DNA of 32,000 nt from Acidothermus cellulolyticus 11B. GTDB lineage: Bacteria; Actinomycetota; Actinomycetes; Acidothermales; Acidothermaceae. Shown in pieces: positions 9,109 to 16,341 of the stretch. Made by a program: the position numbers and the translations under genes. The notes beneath the pieces are model-generated. The model worked only from the letters and a program-made list of their open reading frames with translations, did not search any database and was not told the DNA's origin. Position 1 is the stretch's first letter. The number at the start of each line of letters is the position of its first letter. The stretch spans positions 1,800,001-1,832,000 of the forward strand of contig NC_008578.1 of assembly GCF_000015025.1 (NCBI RefSeq), read 5' to 3'.

Positions 9109-9861
9109 ATGCGCCGCCGTCACCGTACCGCTCGGACATCGGACGAGCGTGGCTGGCATCGCCTCCTGCCGATCGTCGGCTGGTCCGTCTCGTGCGCCTT
9201 GGTGACGGCGATCACGCTGGCCGCCGTTGAGCGGGCTAGTAACGAGGTGTCGCAGACGCCGCCGATCTCCTCCCAGGAACACGTCGCGGCCCAGGCGTCG
9301 GCGGCGATTGCGGCTGCGCAATCGGCGTCGGCGTCGGCGTCCCTCGCACCGCCCCCGCCGACGGGGAACCCCACGCCCGGGCCGAGCCGTCCGGCGCCTC
9401 AACCGACTCCGGACACCGTGCCGACACCGAGCCCCTCGCCGGAGAGCAGCGCACCGAGCCGGCCGCCGGCGCCGCCGTCCGGCACGCCGTCACCGGTCGA
9501 AGGATCACCCGCTCCCTCGTCGGTCAGCCCGACGCCGACGGTGCCAACCGGCAAGCAGACGTTCCTCGTGCCGGGCCAGGCAAACTGGTACGCCCAGGTG
9601 ACCGTGGTGTGCGTAGGCGACAGCGTGTACAGCGGTCAGCAGGGCAACGGTTACAAGGTCGTCCTGAGCCCGGCGAGCGGCTACACGTTCACCCCTGAGC
9701 TGATCACTACTGGGCGTGGCGTGGCGTTGGCGGTCACCTTCACGGATCCGAACGGTCAGACCTCCCGCTACCTGTTCGCCTGCCGCGCCGGCCAACCGCT
9801 CGATCCGGTTCTCATCTCGCCAAGTCCGTCGCCCTCGCCGTCAGCAAGTACGGCGCAGTGA
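9109..9861 (+). CDS. membrane-anchored Pro/Ser-rich hypothetical protein
   Basis: This is the 3' 250 codons of the 7858..9861 ORF, taken from the ATG at 9109 (in frame). It has a basic N-terminus, one hydrophobic helix (LLPIVGWSVSCALVTAITLAAV), a ~100-aa Pro/Ser/Ala linker, and a ~90-aa C-terminal module with two Cys. I recognise no family. Confidence 0.6.
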   Translation: MRRRHRTARTSDERGWHRLLPIVGWSVSCALVTAITLAAVERASNEVSQTPPISSQEHVAAQASAAIAAAQSASASASLAPPPPTGNPTPGPSRPAPQPTPDTVPTPSPSPESSAPSRPPAPPSGTPSPVEGSPAPSSVSPTPTVPTGKQTFLVPGQANWYAQVTVVCVGDSVYSGQQGNGYKVVLSPASGYTFTPELITTGRGVALAVTFTDPNGQTSRYLFACRAGQPLDPVLISPSPSPSPSASTAQ

Positions 9862-9874
9862 CGCGGATTCGCCC

Positions 9875-9936
9875 GCTAGGCGAGTGTGGCGTCCAGCGAG
9901 ATCGCGCTAGGCGAGTGTGGCGTCCAGCGAGATCGG
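9875..9936. repeat. 31-bp tandem duplication spanning the osmC stop codon
   Basis: gctaggcgagtgtggcgtccagcgagatcgc (9875-9905) is followed by gctaggcgagtgtggcgtccagcgagatcgg (9906-9936), 30/31 identical. The inner copy holds the last 9 codons plus the stop of osmC. Confidence 0.9.
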
Positions 9937-10335
9937 CGTAGCCGCGAGCGCCTTGCTCACCGGGCAATTCACCTTGGCGTCCTCCGCAAAGCTGGCGAAC
10001 TGCTCGGCGCTGAGCCCGGGTACCCGGCCACGAACCCTGATCGTGATACCGGTGATGCCCTGGCCGGGTTGGAACGTCACGTCCGCGGTGGTCTCCAGCG
10101 TGATGTCGGTGTGACCGGCCTTTGCCAGCGCATTGGAGAGCGCCATGGAGTAGCACGCCGAATGGGCCGCGGCGATGAGCTCTTCCGGGCTCGTCATGCC
10201 GTTCGGTTGCTCGGCCCGCGCCGGCCAGTTGACCTCGTAGCTGCCAAGCCCCGATGAATCCAGGCTCACGGTCCCTTTGCCGCCGTCGAGGAGCGGGCCT
10301 TCCCAATGCGTCGTCGCGGTACGGGTCGTTGCCAT
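9907..10335 (-). CDS. osmC: OsmC-family peroxiredoxin
   Basis: 142-aa ORF with the two conserved OsmC cysteine blocks (AAAHSACYSMALS and NCPVSKAL). An SD-like GGGAAAGGA lies upstream of the ATG. Confidence 0.9.
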   Translation of the reverse strand: MATTRTATTHWEGPLLDGGKGTVSLDSSGLGSYEVNWPARAEQPNGMTSPEELIAAAHSACYSMALSNALAKAGHTDITLETTADVTFQPGQGITGITIRVRGRVPGLSAEQFASFAEDAKVNCPVSKALAATPISLDATLA

Positions 10336-10373
10336 CGCACTGTCCTTTCCCTCGCAGGTTCACGACGCCTTTA

Positions 10374-10458
10374 TCCTCCCCCACCATCCGCCGGGTGTCC
10401 TCCCCCACCATCCGTCGGGTGTCCTCCCCCACCATCCGCCAGGTGTCCTCCCCTGCCA
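10374..10458. repeat. 24-bp tandem repeat, ~3.5 copies, in the osmC/glbO divergent intergenic region
   Basis: Read directly: tcctcccccaccatccgccgggtg at 10374-10397, 10398-10421 and 10422-10445 (1 mismatch each), then a partial, degenerate fourth unit. It lies 40-120 nt upstream of the osmC start. Confidence 0.85.
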
Positions 10459-10626
10459 CCGTCCCCGGGCGCACGGCGCCCAGGTCCGCGCGGCATCGGC
10501 ACCGGCGAATCCGCCGGCTCCCCGGACGCACGGCGCGCAGGGTCGCCTGCTCGGCTTCCTTCTCCGCGATCTGCCACCGGCCGTTCCCGAGATCCGTGCA
10601 GCCGCGTGCTGCGAGAATGAAGTGCC

Positions 10627-11025
10627 GTGTCTGCCCCAGCAGAATCCCAGCCCGCCACCGTCTACGACGCGGTCGGCGGCAGTGAGACATTTCGGCTGCT
10701 CGTCGACCGCTTTTACGCCGGGGTCGCGACCGATCCGGTTCTCCGCCCGCTGTATCCGGAGGAAGATCTGTCGGGTGCCCGCGAACGGCTGCGCATGTTC
10801 CTCGAGCAGTACTGGGGCGGCCCGCGCACCTACAGCGAGCGGCGGGGGCATCCGCGACTTCGGCTGCGCCACGCGCCGTTCCGCATCGGGCCGGCCGAAC
10901 GCGACGCGTGGCTCGGTCACATGCGGAGGGCGTTGGAGAGTCTGCAGCTTCCGGAATCACTTGCGACGACGATGTGGGACTACTTCGTGTCCGCCGCCCA
11001 TAGCCTCGTGAACGCGGAGTCATGA
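10627..11025 (+). CDS. glbO: group II truncated hemoglobin (trHbO)
   Basis: 132-aa ORF that matches my memory of mycobacterial GlbO nearly colinearly (VYDAVGG..., [53 protein letters not shown]). GTG start. Confidence 0.92.
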   Translation: MSAPAESQPATVYDAVGGSETFRLLVDRFYAGVATDPVLRPLYPEEDLSGARERLRMFLEQYWGGPRTYSERRGHPRLRLRHAPFRIGPAERDAWLGHMRRALESLQLPESLATTMWDYFVSAAHSLVNAES

Positions 11026-12378
11026 ATGGGGCGGACGGCGGCCCTGCGGGCCGTCCTGGCTGAGGCGGGCTTTCGCCGCCTGTACGCCACCCGCCTCGTC
11101 TCCGCCGTTGCCGACGGAAGTTTCCAAGCTGCGCTGGCAAGCTATGTTCTGTTCAATCCGGAACGAGCCACCACACCGGCGGAGGCGGCGGCCGCACTGA
11201 CCGCACTCGCGCTCCCCTATTCGCTCATCGGCCCGTTCGTCGGCGTTTTCCTCGATCGGTGGCGTCGGCAGCGGGTCCTCGTCATCGGTAACACCGTCAA
11301 GGCCGCGCTGGTCGTGGGGGTCGCCGCGCTCGTCGCCGACCGGGCCGAAAACGGCGCATTTCTCGCGGTCACCATCGCCGCCCTCAGTGTGAACCGGCTT
11401 TTCCTCGCCGCGCTTTCCGCCGCGCTGCCGCATGTGGTTCCTGAGAATTACCTTGTCACCGCGAACGCCGTCGCGACCACCTCCGGAACAGTGGCCACGA
11501 TCATCGGTGCGGGAATCGGCGGGTCCCTCCGGCTCGCGGCGGGTACGCACGCGCTCGCGCTCGGCGGCGTTGTGGCGGCAGCGGCGTTGGGGTATCTCGG
11601 TTCGGCCTTGGTCGCCAGGCGTTTTGCCGCCGACGAACTTGGACCGGACGTTCCGCTCGCCGTCCCGATGTGGCACGCCGTACACGCTGTGCTTGCGGGG
11701 TTGGCAGCCGCCGCCCGGCACGTGGCGCAACGGCAAAGAGTGGCGTCCGCGCTCGCGGCGATTTCCGCTCACCGGTTCTGTTATGGAATGGCGACGCTGA
11801 CCATCGTGCTGCTGGAGCGCAATTACTTTGCCCACGAGAATCAGGCGGTGCGCGGGCTCTTCGGCTTGGGCGCGGTCGTCGGCGCATCAGGGCTCGGCAT
11901 TGTCGCAGCCGCGCTCGTGACACCGCGCGTCACCCGACGTATCGGCACCACCCGTTGGGTTGCCGCCATGCTTTGTGCCGCCGGGACAGCGGTCGCTGTC
12001 TTTGGTCTGCCTTTCCAACGGGAATTGCTCATCGCCGGGGCGTTCGTTCTCGGCTTCTCCGCCCAGGGAATGAAGATTTGCGTCGACACGATCGTCCAAG
12101 CGGACGTAGCGGATAATTTCCGCGGCCGGGTCTTCTCGGGTTACGACATGCTGTACAACGTCACTTACGTGGCGGCCGCGGCGGCCGCCGCCGCCGCTCT
12201 CCCGCCGTCCGGGAAATCAGACGCTGTGATGAGCGGTCTTGCCGCTGGTTACGTCCTCGCCGGGCTCAGCTTCGCGTGGTTCACCAGAGGTGCTGTGGTG
12301 CGCGAGCGGCCGATGGTTGGGCGGCAACCGGAACGTGTCGCCGCCCAACCACCAGGGAACTTTCAGGACGCCCGCTAA
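11026..12378 (+). CDS. MFS transporter
   Basis: 450-aa ORF, highly hydrophobic with about 12 predicted helices and the loop motif FLDRWRRQRV after TM2. It starts directly after the glbO stop. Confidence 0.85.
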   Translation: MGRTAALRAVLAEAGFRRLYATRLVSAVADGSFQAALASYVLFNPERATTPAEAAAALTALALPYSLIGPFVGVFLDRWRRQRVLVIGNTVKAALVVGVAALVADRAENGAFLAVTIAALSVNRLFLAALSAALPHVVPENYLVTANAVATTSGTVATIIGAGIGGSLRLAAGTHALALGGVVAAAALGYLGSALVARRFAADELGPDVPLAVPMWHAVHAVLAGLAAAARHVAQRQRVASALAAISAHRFCYGMATLTIVLLERNYFAHENQAVRGLFGLGAVVGASGLGIVAAALVTPRVTRRIGTTRWVAAMLCAAGTAVAVFGLPFQRELLIAGAFVLGFSAQGMKICVDTIVQADVADNFRGRVFSGYDMLYNVTYVAAAAAAAAALPPSGKSDAVMSGLAAGYVLAGLSFAWFTRGAVVRERPMVGRQPERVAAQPPGNFQDAR

Positions 12379-12475
12379 GGTCGAACCCACCGCAGCCTCG
12401 ACGAGTGAAGGACCGCGAAGCAGCGCAGGGACCCTCCGGTACGCCCGCTAACGCGGAGCACTGCGGTCGAGGGCA

Positions 12476-13792
12476 TCACGGGAATTGCGGGTGCGCCGGG
12501 CCTTGCGGGTGATGGACGAACGCCGGAGACTCCACACCGAATTGGTATGTCGTCGTTGAGCGGAAGGTTTCTCCCGGATTCAGCACGACCGACGGCCAGC
12601 CCGGCTGTCCGATGTGGTGCGGGCTGTCGGGGTAGTGCTGCGTTTCGAGGGTGAATCCGTCGGTCTGCCGGTAGGCTCGGCCCGACGTACCGATGAGATC
12701 ACCGACGAGGAAGTTCCCGCTGTAGAACTGAACGCCAGGCTGGTCGGTGAACGTCCACAACGCGATACCTGTGCTCGGTGCAAACGCCGTAGCCGCAAGT
12801 CGGTAGCCGGTTCCGTTGATGACCCAGTTGAAGTCGTATCCGTGGGCCATCTGCAGCTCCTGATACGCCTGACCACCGCTATCCGGGAGATCTGTGCGCC
12901 GAATCATGTCACCGATCCGGTGCAGCGTGCGGAAGTCAAAAGGTGTACCGGCGACCGGCACGAATGCTCCGGTGGGAATCAGGACGTTGTCCGTCGGCAG
13001 ATAGCTATCGGCGTTTATCTGAAGGTATTGGTCGAACACGCTGCCGTTGCCTTCTCCCGCCAGATTGAAGTACGTGTGGTTGGTGAAGTTGACGACCGTC
13101 GGCGCTGTTGTCGTCGCTTCATATGTGATCATCAAGGCATTCGCGTCGGTCAACGTGTATGTCACGGTGTTGTGGACGGTGCCGGGAAATCCGTTCTTGC
13201 CGTCTGGATCCGTGTAGCTGAGCCGAAGGGCCACGTACCCGGGACCGGTGGTCGGCGCAGCGGACCAGACCTGCGTGTTATAGGAGTCCGGACCACCGTG
13301 CAGGGTGTTTGGACCGTTGTTCGCGGGCAGCGTATACGTTGTGCCATTGAGGGTAAACGAGGCGTTGGCGATCCGATTGGCGTACCGGCCGATAATGGCG
13401 CCGAAGTACGTATCGCCCGAGCCTCCTGACAGCGGCCAGGGTTGATGTTCGAAGTCGTTCACGTAGTCGTCGAGATTCGCGAACCCCAATGCGACATTCA
13501 CGAGATGGCGGCTGCGGTCCGGTACCCAGATTGACTGGACCACGCCGCCGTAATTGCTGATTTTCACCATCATTCCGTTGTCATTGGTCAACGTGAAGAG
13601 ATCGACGGGCTGTCCATCCGCGGTTCCCCAGGGGACGCTGGTGATACTCAGGTGCCCGTGTCCGCTTCCGAAATGATGCACGGGCAACGCGTGGGTCGCT
13701 GACGCTCCCACCGGACTAGCGACGGCGGCCAACGCGAGTCCGCCCGCCGCTGCGAAGACAAAAGTTCTCCGCCGCGTCAGTGTGAAAGACAT
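12476..13792 (-). CDS. aldose 1-epimerase (mutarotase) with twin-arginine signal peptide
   Basis: Contains aldose-epimerase blocks (GRYANRI, NHTYFNLAGEG, LETQHYPDS). I prefer the ATG at 13792, which has AAAGGAGGG 5 nt upstream, over the track start at 13810. The N-terminus MSFTLTRRRTFVFAAAGGLALAAVASPVGASA resembles a Tat signal. Confidence 0.9.
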   Translation of the reverse strand: MSFTLTRRRTFVFAAAGGLALAAVASPVGASATHALPVHHFGSGHGHLSITSVPWGTADGQPVDLFTLTNDNGMMVKISNYGGVVQSIWVPDRSRHLVNVALGFANLDDYVNDFEHQPWPLSGGSGDTYFGAIIGRYANRIANASFTLNGTTYTLPANNGPNTLHGGPDSYNTQVWSAAPTTGPGYVALRLSYTDPDGKNGFPGTVHNTVTYTLTDANALMITYEATTTAPTVVNFTNHTYFNLAGEGNGSVFDQYLQINADSYLPTDNVLIPTGAFVPVAGTPFDFRTLHRIGDMIRRTDLPDSGGQAYQELQMAHGYDFNWVINGTGYRLAATAFAPSTGIALWTFTDQPGVQFYSGNFLVGDLIGTSGRAYRQTDGFTLETQHYPDSPHHIGQPGWPSVVLNPGETFRSTTTYQFGVESPAFVHHPQGPAHPQFP

Positions 13793-13883
13793 ACACACCC
13801 TCCTTTCCACGCGCCGGCATCGGCAGCCGAAACACCCTTCGGCGACCGAGGCCGCGTTGACGACGGAGTTGACTGTAGACGGA

Positions 13884-13897
13884 TGTTAGCGTTCACA
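13884..13897. promoter_or_regulatory. LacI/GalR-type (cre-like) operator candidate upstream of the mutarotase gene
   Basis: TGTTAGCGTTCACA is 10/14 self-complementary and fits TGnnAnCGnTnnCA. It lies ~90 bp upstream of the mutarotase start in a 47%-G+C stretch. A half-site-like gatgttggcgtt recurs at 13901-13912. No LacI gene is in the window. Confidence 0.3.
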
Positions 13898-14167
13898 CAA
13901 GATGTTGGCGTTGATTTCTTTACCCGATCGGAGATTGCGCAACGATGGAGGCGTCCCCGGTGATGAGATCGATATGTCCGGTGGCGGAAGGAAAAGACCT
14001 GGTTATCGGATCTCTCACGGAGGCTCACTCGTAGTGTCTTGGCGGGACAACACGGGTTGCCGAACGCGCCGAGTTATTCCCCGTAACAGAATGTGACGGA
14101 CGAGATTATGTGAGCGATAACTTCCTCTGTCCCTGCCTGCGCCGGTGACAGCCCCGCGCATCGACTC

Positions 14168-14261
14168 CTCGAGGCCTGGTGGTCGTTGCGCCCGATGGTC
14201 GGGTGAATGCGGCACTCGAAGCCTGGTGGTCGTTGCACCTGGCGGTTCGGCACATGCGCCT
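14168..14261. repeat. imperfect 47-bp tandem duplication in the gene-free gap
   Basis: ctcgaggcctggtggtcgttgcgcc (14168-14192) and ctcgaagcctggtggtcgttgcacc (14215-14239) are 23/25 identical. The following 22 nt of each unit are only loosely similar. Confidence 0.6.
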
Positions 14262-14682
14262 CCTGGCGTCGCCGGCGTCGCTACCGCCACCGCGTCGTCG
14301 CGGCTGACGATCGCGCGCGCTCCCCAGCTGTCGGCGCGCCACCGCTCCGGAGGACTGCGTGAACTCCCCGGCTGGACGGGTCGGCGTCGGCGAGCACGGG
14401 AGGTGCGCTCCGCTCGCCGGGTCCCCGCACGCCTGGACGGGTCGCGCAATCATGACTCAGGCGTGAAACGCCGCGAGCGGGACCGATAGTCAACCGGTGG
14501 TCACGCGTGGGATCTGATCCCATCGGGCAGGGCGGCTGCCATCACGCTGCCTTGATAGCGCGCGGTCGCCACACAGTTGGTGATCGCCGGAAGACATGGT
14601 CGATCGGCCGGCGATCCGACGATCGCCGCATACGGCATCAGCGAAATGCTCAAGTCAGCCGGCGGCCCAGCCGTAGAAGGAG

Positions 14683-15861
14683 GTGAGTACGGCACCCGCC
14701 GCGGGTGCTCGTTGGGAGGTCCCGGTGGATCTGGGTACCGTGCCGATCGGCGACGCTGCTCATGCCGAGGGCGGAATCGCCGAATTAGCTGCCGCCCTCG
14801 AGTCCATTGAGAGCCGACTGGCCGGGCAGACGTCCGAACTGGTCCGGCTCCGCCGCGCGAACGAACTCAACCAGGCCCTGCTCGACCTGCATGTCGCCTG
14901 CACGCGGCAGCGCAGCATCGCGGGGACCGCGCGCCAGATCGGTGCCGTGGCGTCGGCAATGCTCCGATCGCCGGTTGTCGCGGTCAGCGCGTTCGAGCCG
15001 ACTCGGCTCAAGCCGCACGTCGGAGTCGCGATCGGTGACGGGCTCGTCAACGAAGAGCATCTCGCGACGGTGGCGACACAGCTGGTCGGTGACGCAGAGT
15101 TCGCCTGGATGCGCACCGAGAACCGGCTCGCGGTGCTGAGCCTTGAGGGATGCGGACCGTCCGGTGCAACGCTGCTCGCCGAGTTGCATGCTGAGCGGGC
15201 TCTTCTCGTGCCGCTCTTCGGCCAAGGAGAGTTCGTGGGCTGTATCGCTGCGAAGCTGCCCAAGAGCGCCTCGGTCGTCGACGATATGGGTCTGTTCGAA
15301 GCGGCGGCTTCGCTCCAGGGTCACGCCGGCGAACTCCTGCACCTCGCCCTCGTTCTCGATGAACTGCGCCGGCGGGCCTTGCACGACGCGGTGACCGGAC
15401 TGCCGAATCTCGCCGTTTTCGAGCAGCGGCTCGTCCGCGCGCTCGCCCGGCGGGCTGCTCACCAGGACGGGCATCGCGAGGTTGCGGTCATTTTGCTGCA
15501 AGTGCTCGGCGTCGGGCGGATCACCGACGCGCACGGCGCGACCGGCGTCCAGGCGGTGCTCCGCGAAATCGCGAGCCGGCTTCTTGAGATCGCACCCGAA
15601 CACGACCTTGGTCACCTCGGCGCCAGTCATTTCGCCCTGATCGCACATGGTGAACCTGGCGCAGGAATCGATCTGGCCCGCACCGCGAGTGAGGCGGTGG
15701 AGACGCCGTTGGTATTGCCGTTCGGCACGGTCGAGGTGCGCTGCCACCTTGGGGTGGCGGTCGCCCGGGACGCCGATACGGCCGGTCATGTGATTCGCCG
15801 CGCGGAAACCGCGGCTCGGATCGCACGAACCACCGACGAGCATATTGTCGTCGACGAATAG
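14683..15861 (+). CDS. GAF-like sensor plus degenerate GGDEF-domain protein
   Basis: 392-aa ORF. The C-terminal domain opens with the typical HDAVTGLPN and has GGDEF-domain spacing, but the active-site pentapeptide reads GASHF (15619-15633). The start is uncertain: GTG 14683 overlaps its own GAAGGAGG, while GTG 14725 has GGGAGG 5 nt upstream. Confidence 0.8.
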   Translation: MSTAPAAGARWEVPVDLGTVPIGDAAHAEGGIAELAAALESIESRLAGQTSELVRLRRANELNQALLDLHVACTRQRSIAGTARQIGAVASAMLRSPVVAVSAFEPTRLKPHVGVAIGDGLVNEEHLATVATQLVGDAEFAWMRTENRLAVLSLEGCGPSGATLLAELHAERALLVPLFGQGEFVGCIAAKLPKSASVVDDMGLFEAAASLQGHAGELLHLALVLDELRRRALHDAVTGLPNLAVFEQRLVRALARRAAHQDGHREVAVILLQVLGVGRITDAHGATGVQAVLREIASRLLEIAPEHDLGHLGASHFALIAHGEPGAGIDLARTASEAVETPLVLPFGTVEVRCHLGVAVARDADTAGHVIRRAETAARIARTTDEHIVVDE

Positions 15862-15871
15862 GCAGCGTGCG

Positions 15872-15892
15872 GGCGACGAATTCTTTGTCGCC
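15872..15892. terminator. weak hairpin between convergent genes (GGDEF gene and thioesterase gene)
   Basis: ggcgac-gaattcttt-gtcgcc, a 6-bp stem with a 9-nt loop. It is the only obvious structure in the 43-nt convergent spacer, and there is no clear U-tract. Confidence 0.3.
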
Positions 15893-15904
15893 GAGTAGCG
15901 CGGG

Positions 15905-16333
15905 TTACGAATTCTCCGGCTCTAAATAGCGTTCAAGAAATGCGCGCTCTGCCGGGGTCACCCGACGCGGCCGCCCGGAGGAAAGGTCATACGGCACAAG
16001 AACGGTCAGCGCCTCGGCAAGCACCACCGGTTCAGGTTTCGCGAGCTGGTCCCGCATTTCGTACCGCAGCGTGAAGGAGGATGCGCGCACCTGCGCCGTC
16101 CACACGTCGATTTCAATCGGCTCCGGACGCCACGTCAACGGACGGCGGTAATCGATTTCGTGCCGGGCGACGACAACTCCCTTGATGAGGTCCGGCGCGT
16201 ATTCTTGCGCATCGCCGGCGAACAGCATGCCGGTACGCGCCTCCTGCATGTAGGCGACGAAGGGTACGTTGTTGACGTGCCCGAAGGCGTCCATGTCGTC
16301 CCAGCGGATCTGGCAGCGAAAGGTGTACCGCAT
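15905..16333 (-). CDS. acyl-CoA thioesterase (4HBT/YbgC-like hotdog fold)
   Basis: 142-aa ORF with the N-terminal block IRWDDMDAFGHVNNVPFVAYMQEAR typical of hotdog thioesterases. It lies 9 nt downstream of ettA on the same strand. Confidence 0.85.
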   Translation of the reverse strand: MRYTFRCQIRWDDMDAFGHVNNVPFVAYMQEARTGMLFAGDAQEYAPDLIKGVVVARHEIDYRRPLTWRPEPIEIDVWTAQVRASSFTLRYEMRDQLAKPEPVVLAEALTVLVPYDLSSGRPRRVTPAERAFLERYLEPENS

Positions 16334-16341
16334 CGGCCGGC

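Noticed and set aside
9812-11140. 442-aa minus-strand ORF, and plus-strand ORF 10277..11011 with PHHPPGVL repeats
   Set aside because: They run through osmC, the intergenic tandem repeats and the antisense of glbO. The repeat peptides are just translations of the 24-bp DNA repeat. osmC and glbO have strong homology support.
13902-14523. Several 64-144-aa ORFs on both strands in the 13.8-14.7 kb gap
   Set aside because: All are Arg/Pro/Gly-rich or lack any SD, start context or motif. None is good enough to call, so the region is reported as unexplained instead.
14785-15843. 352-aa minus-strand ORF
   Set aside because: It is antisense to the GAF-GGDEF gene, with no motifs and Arg-rich composition.
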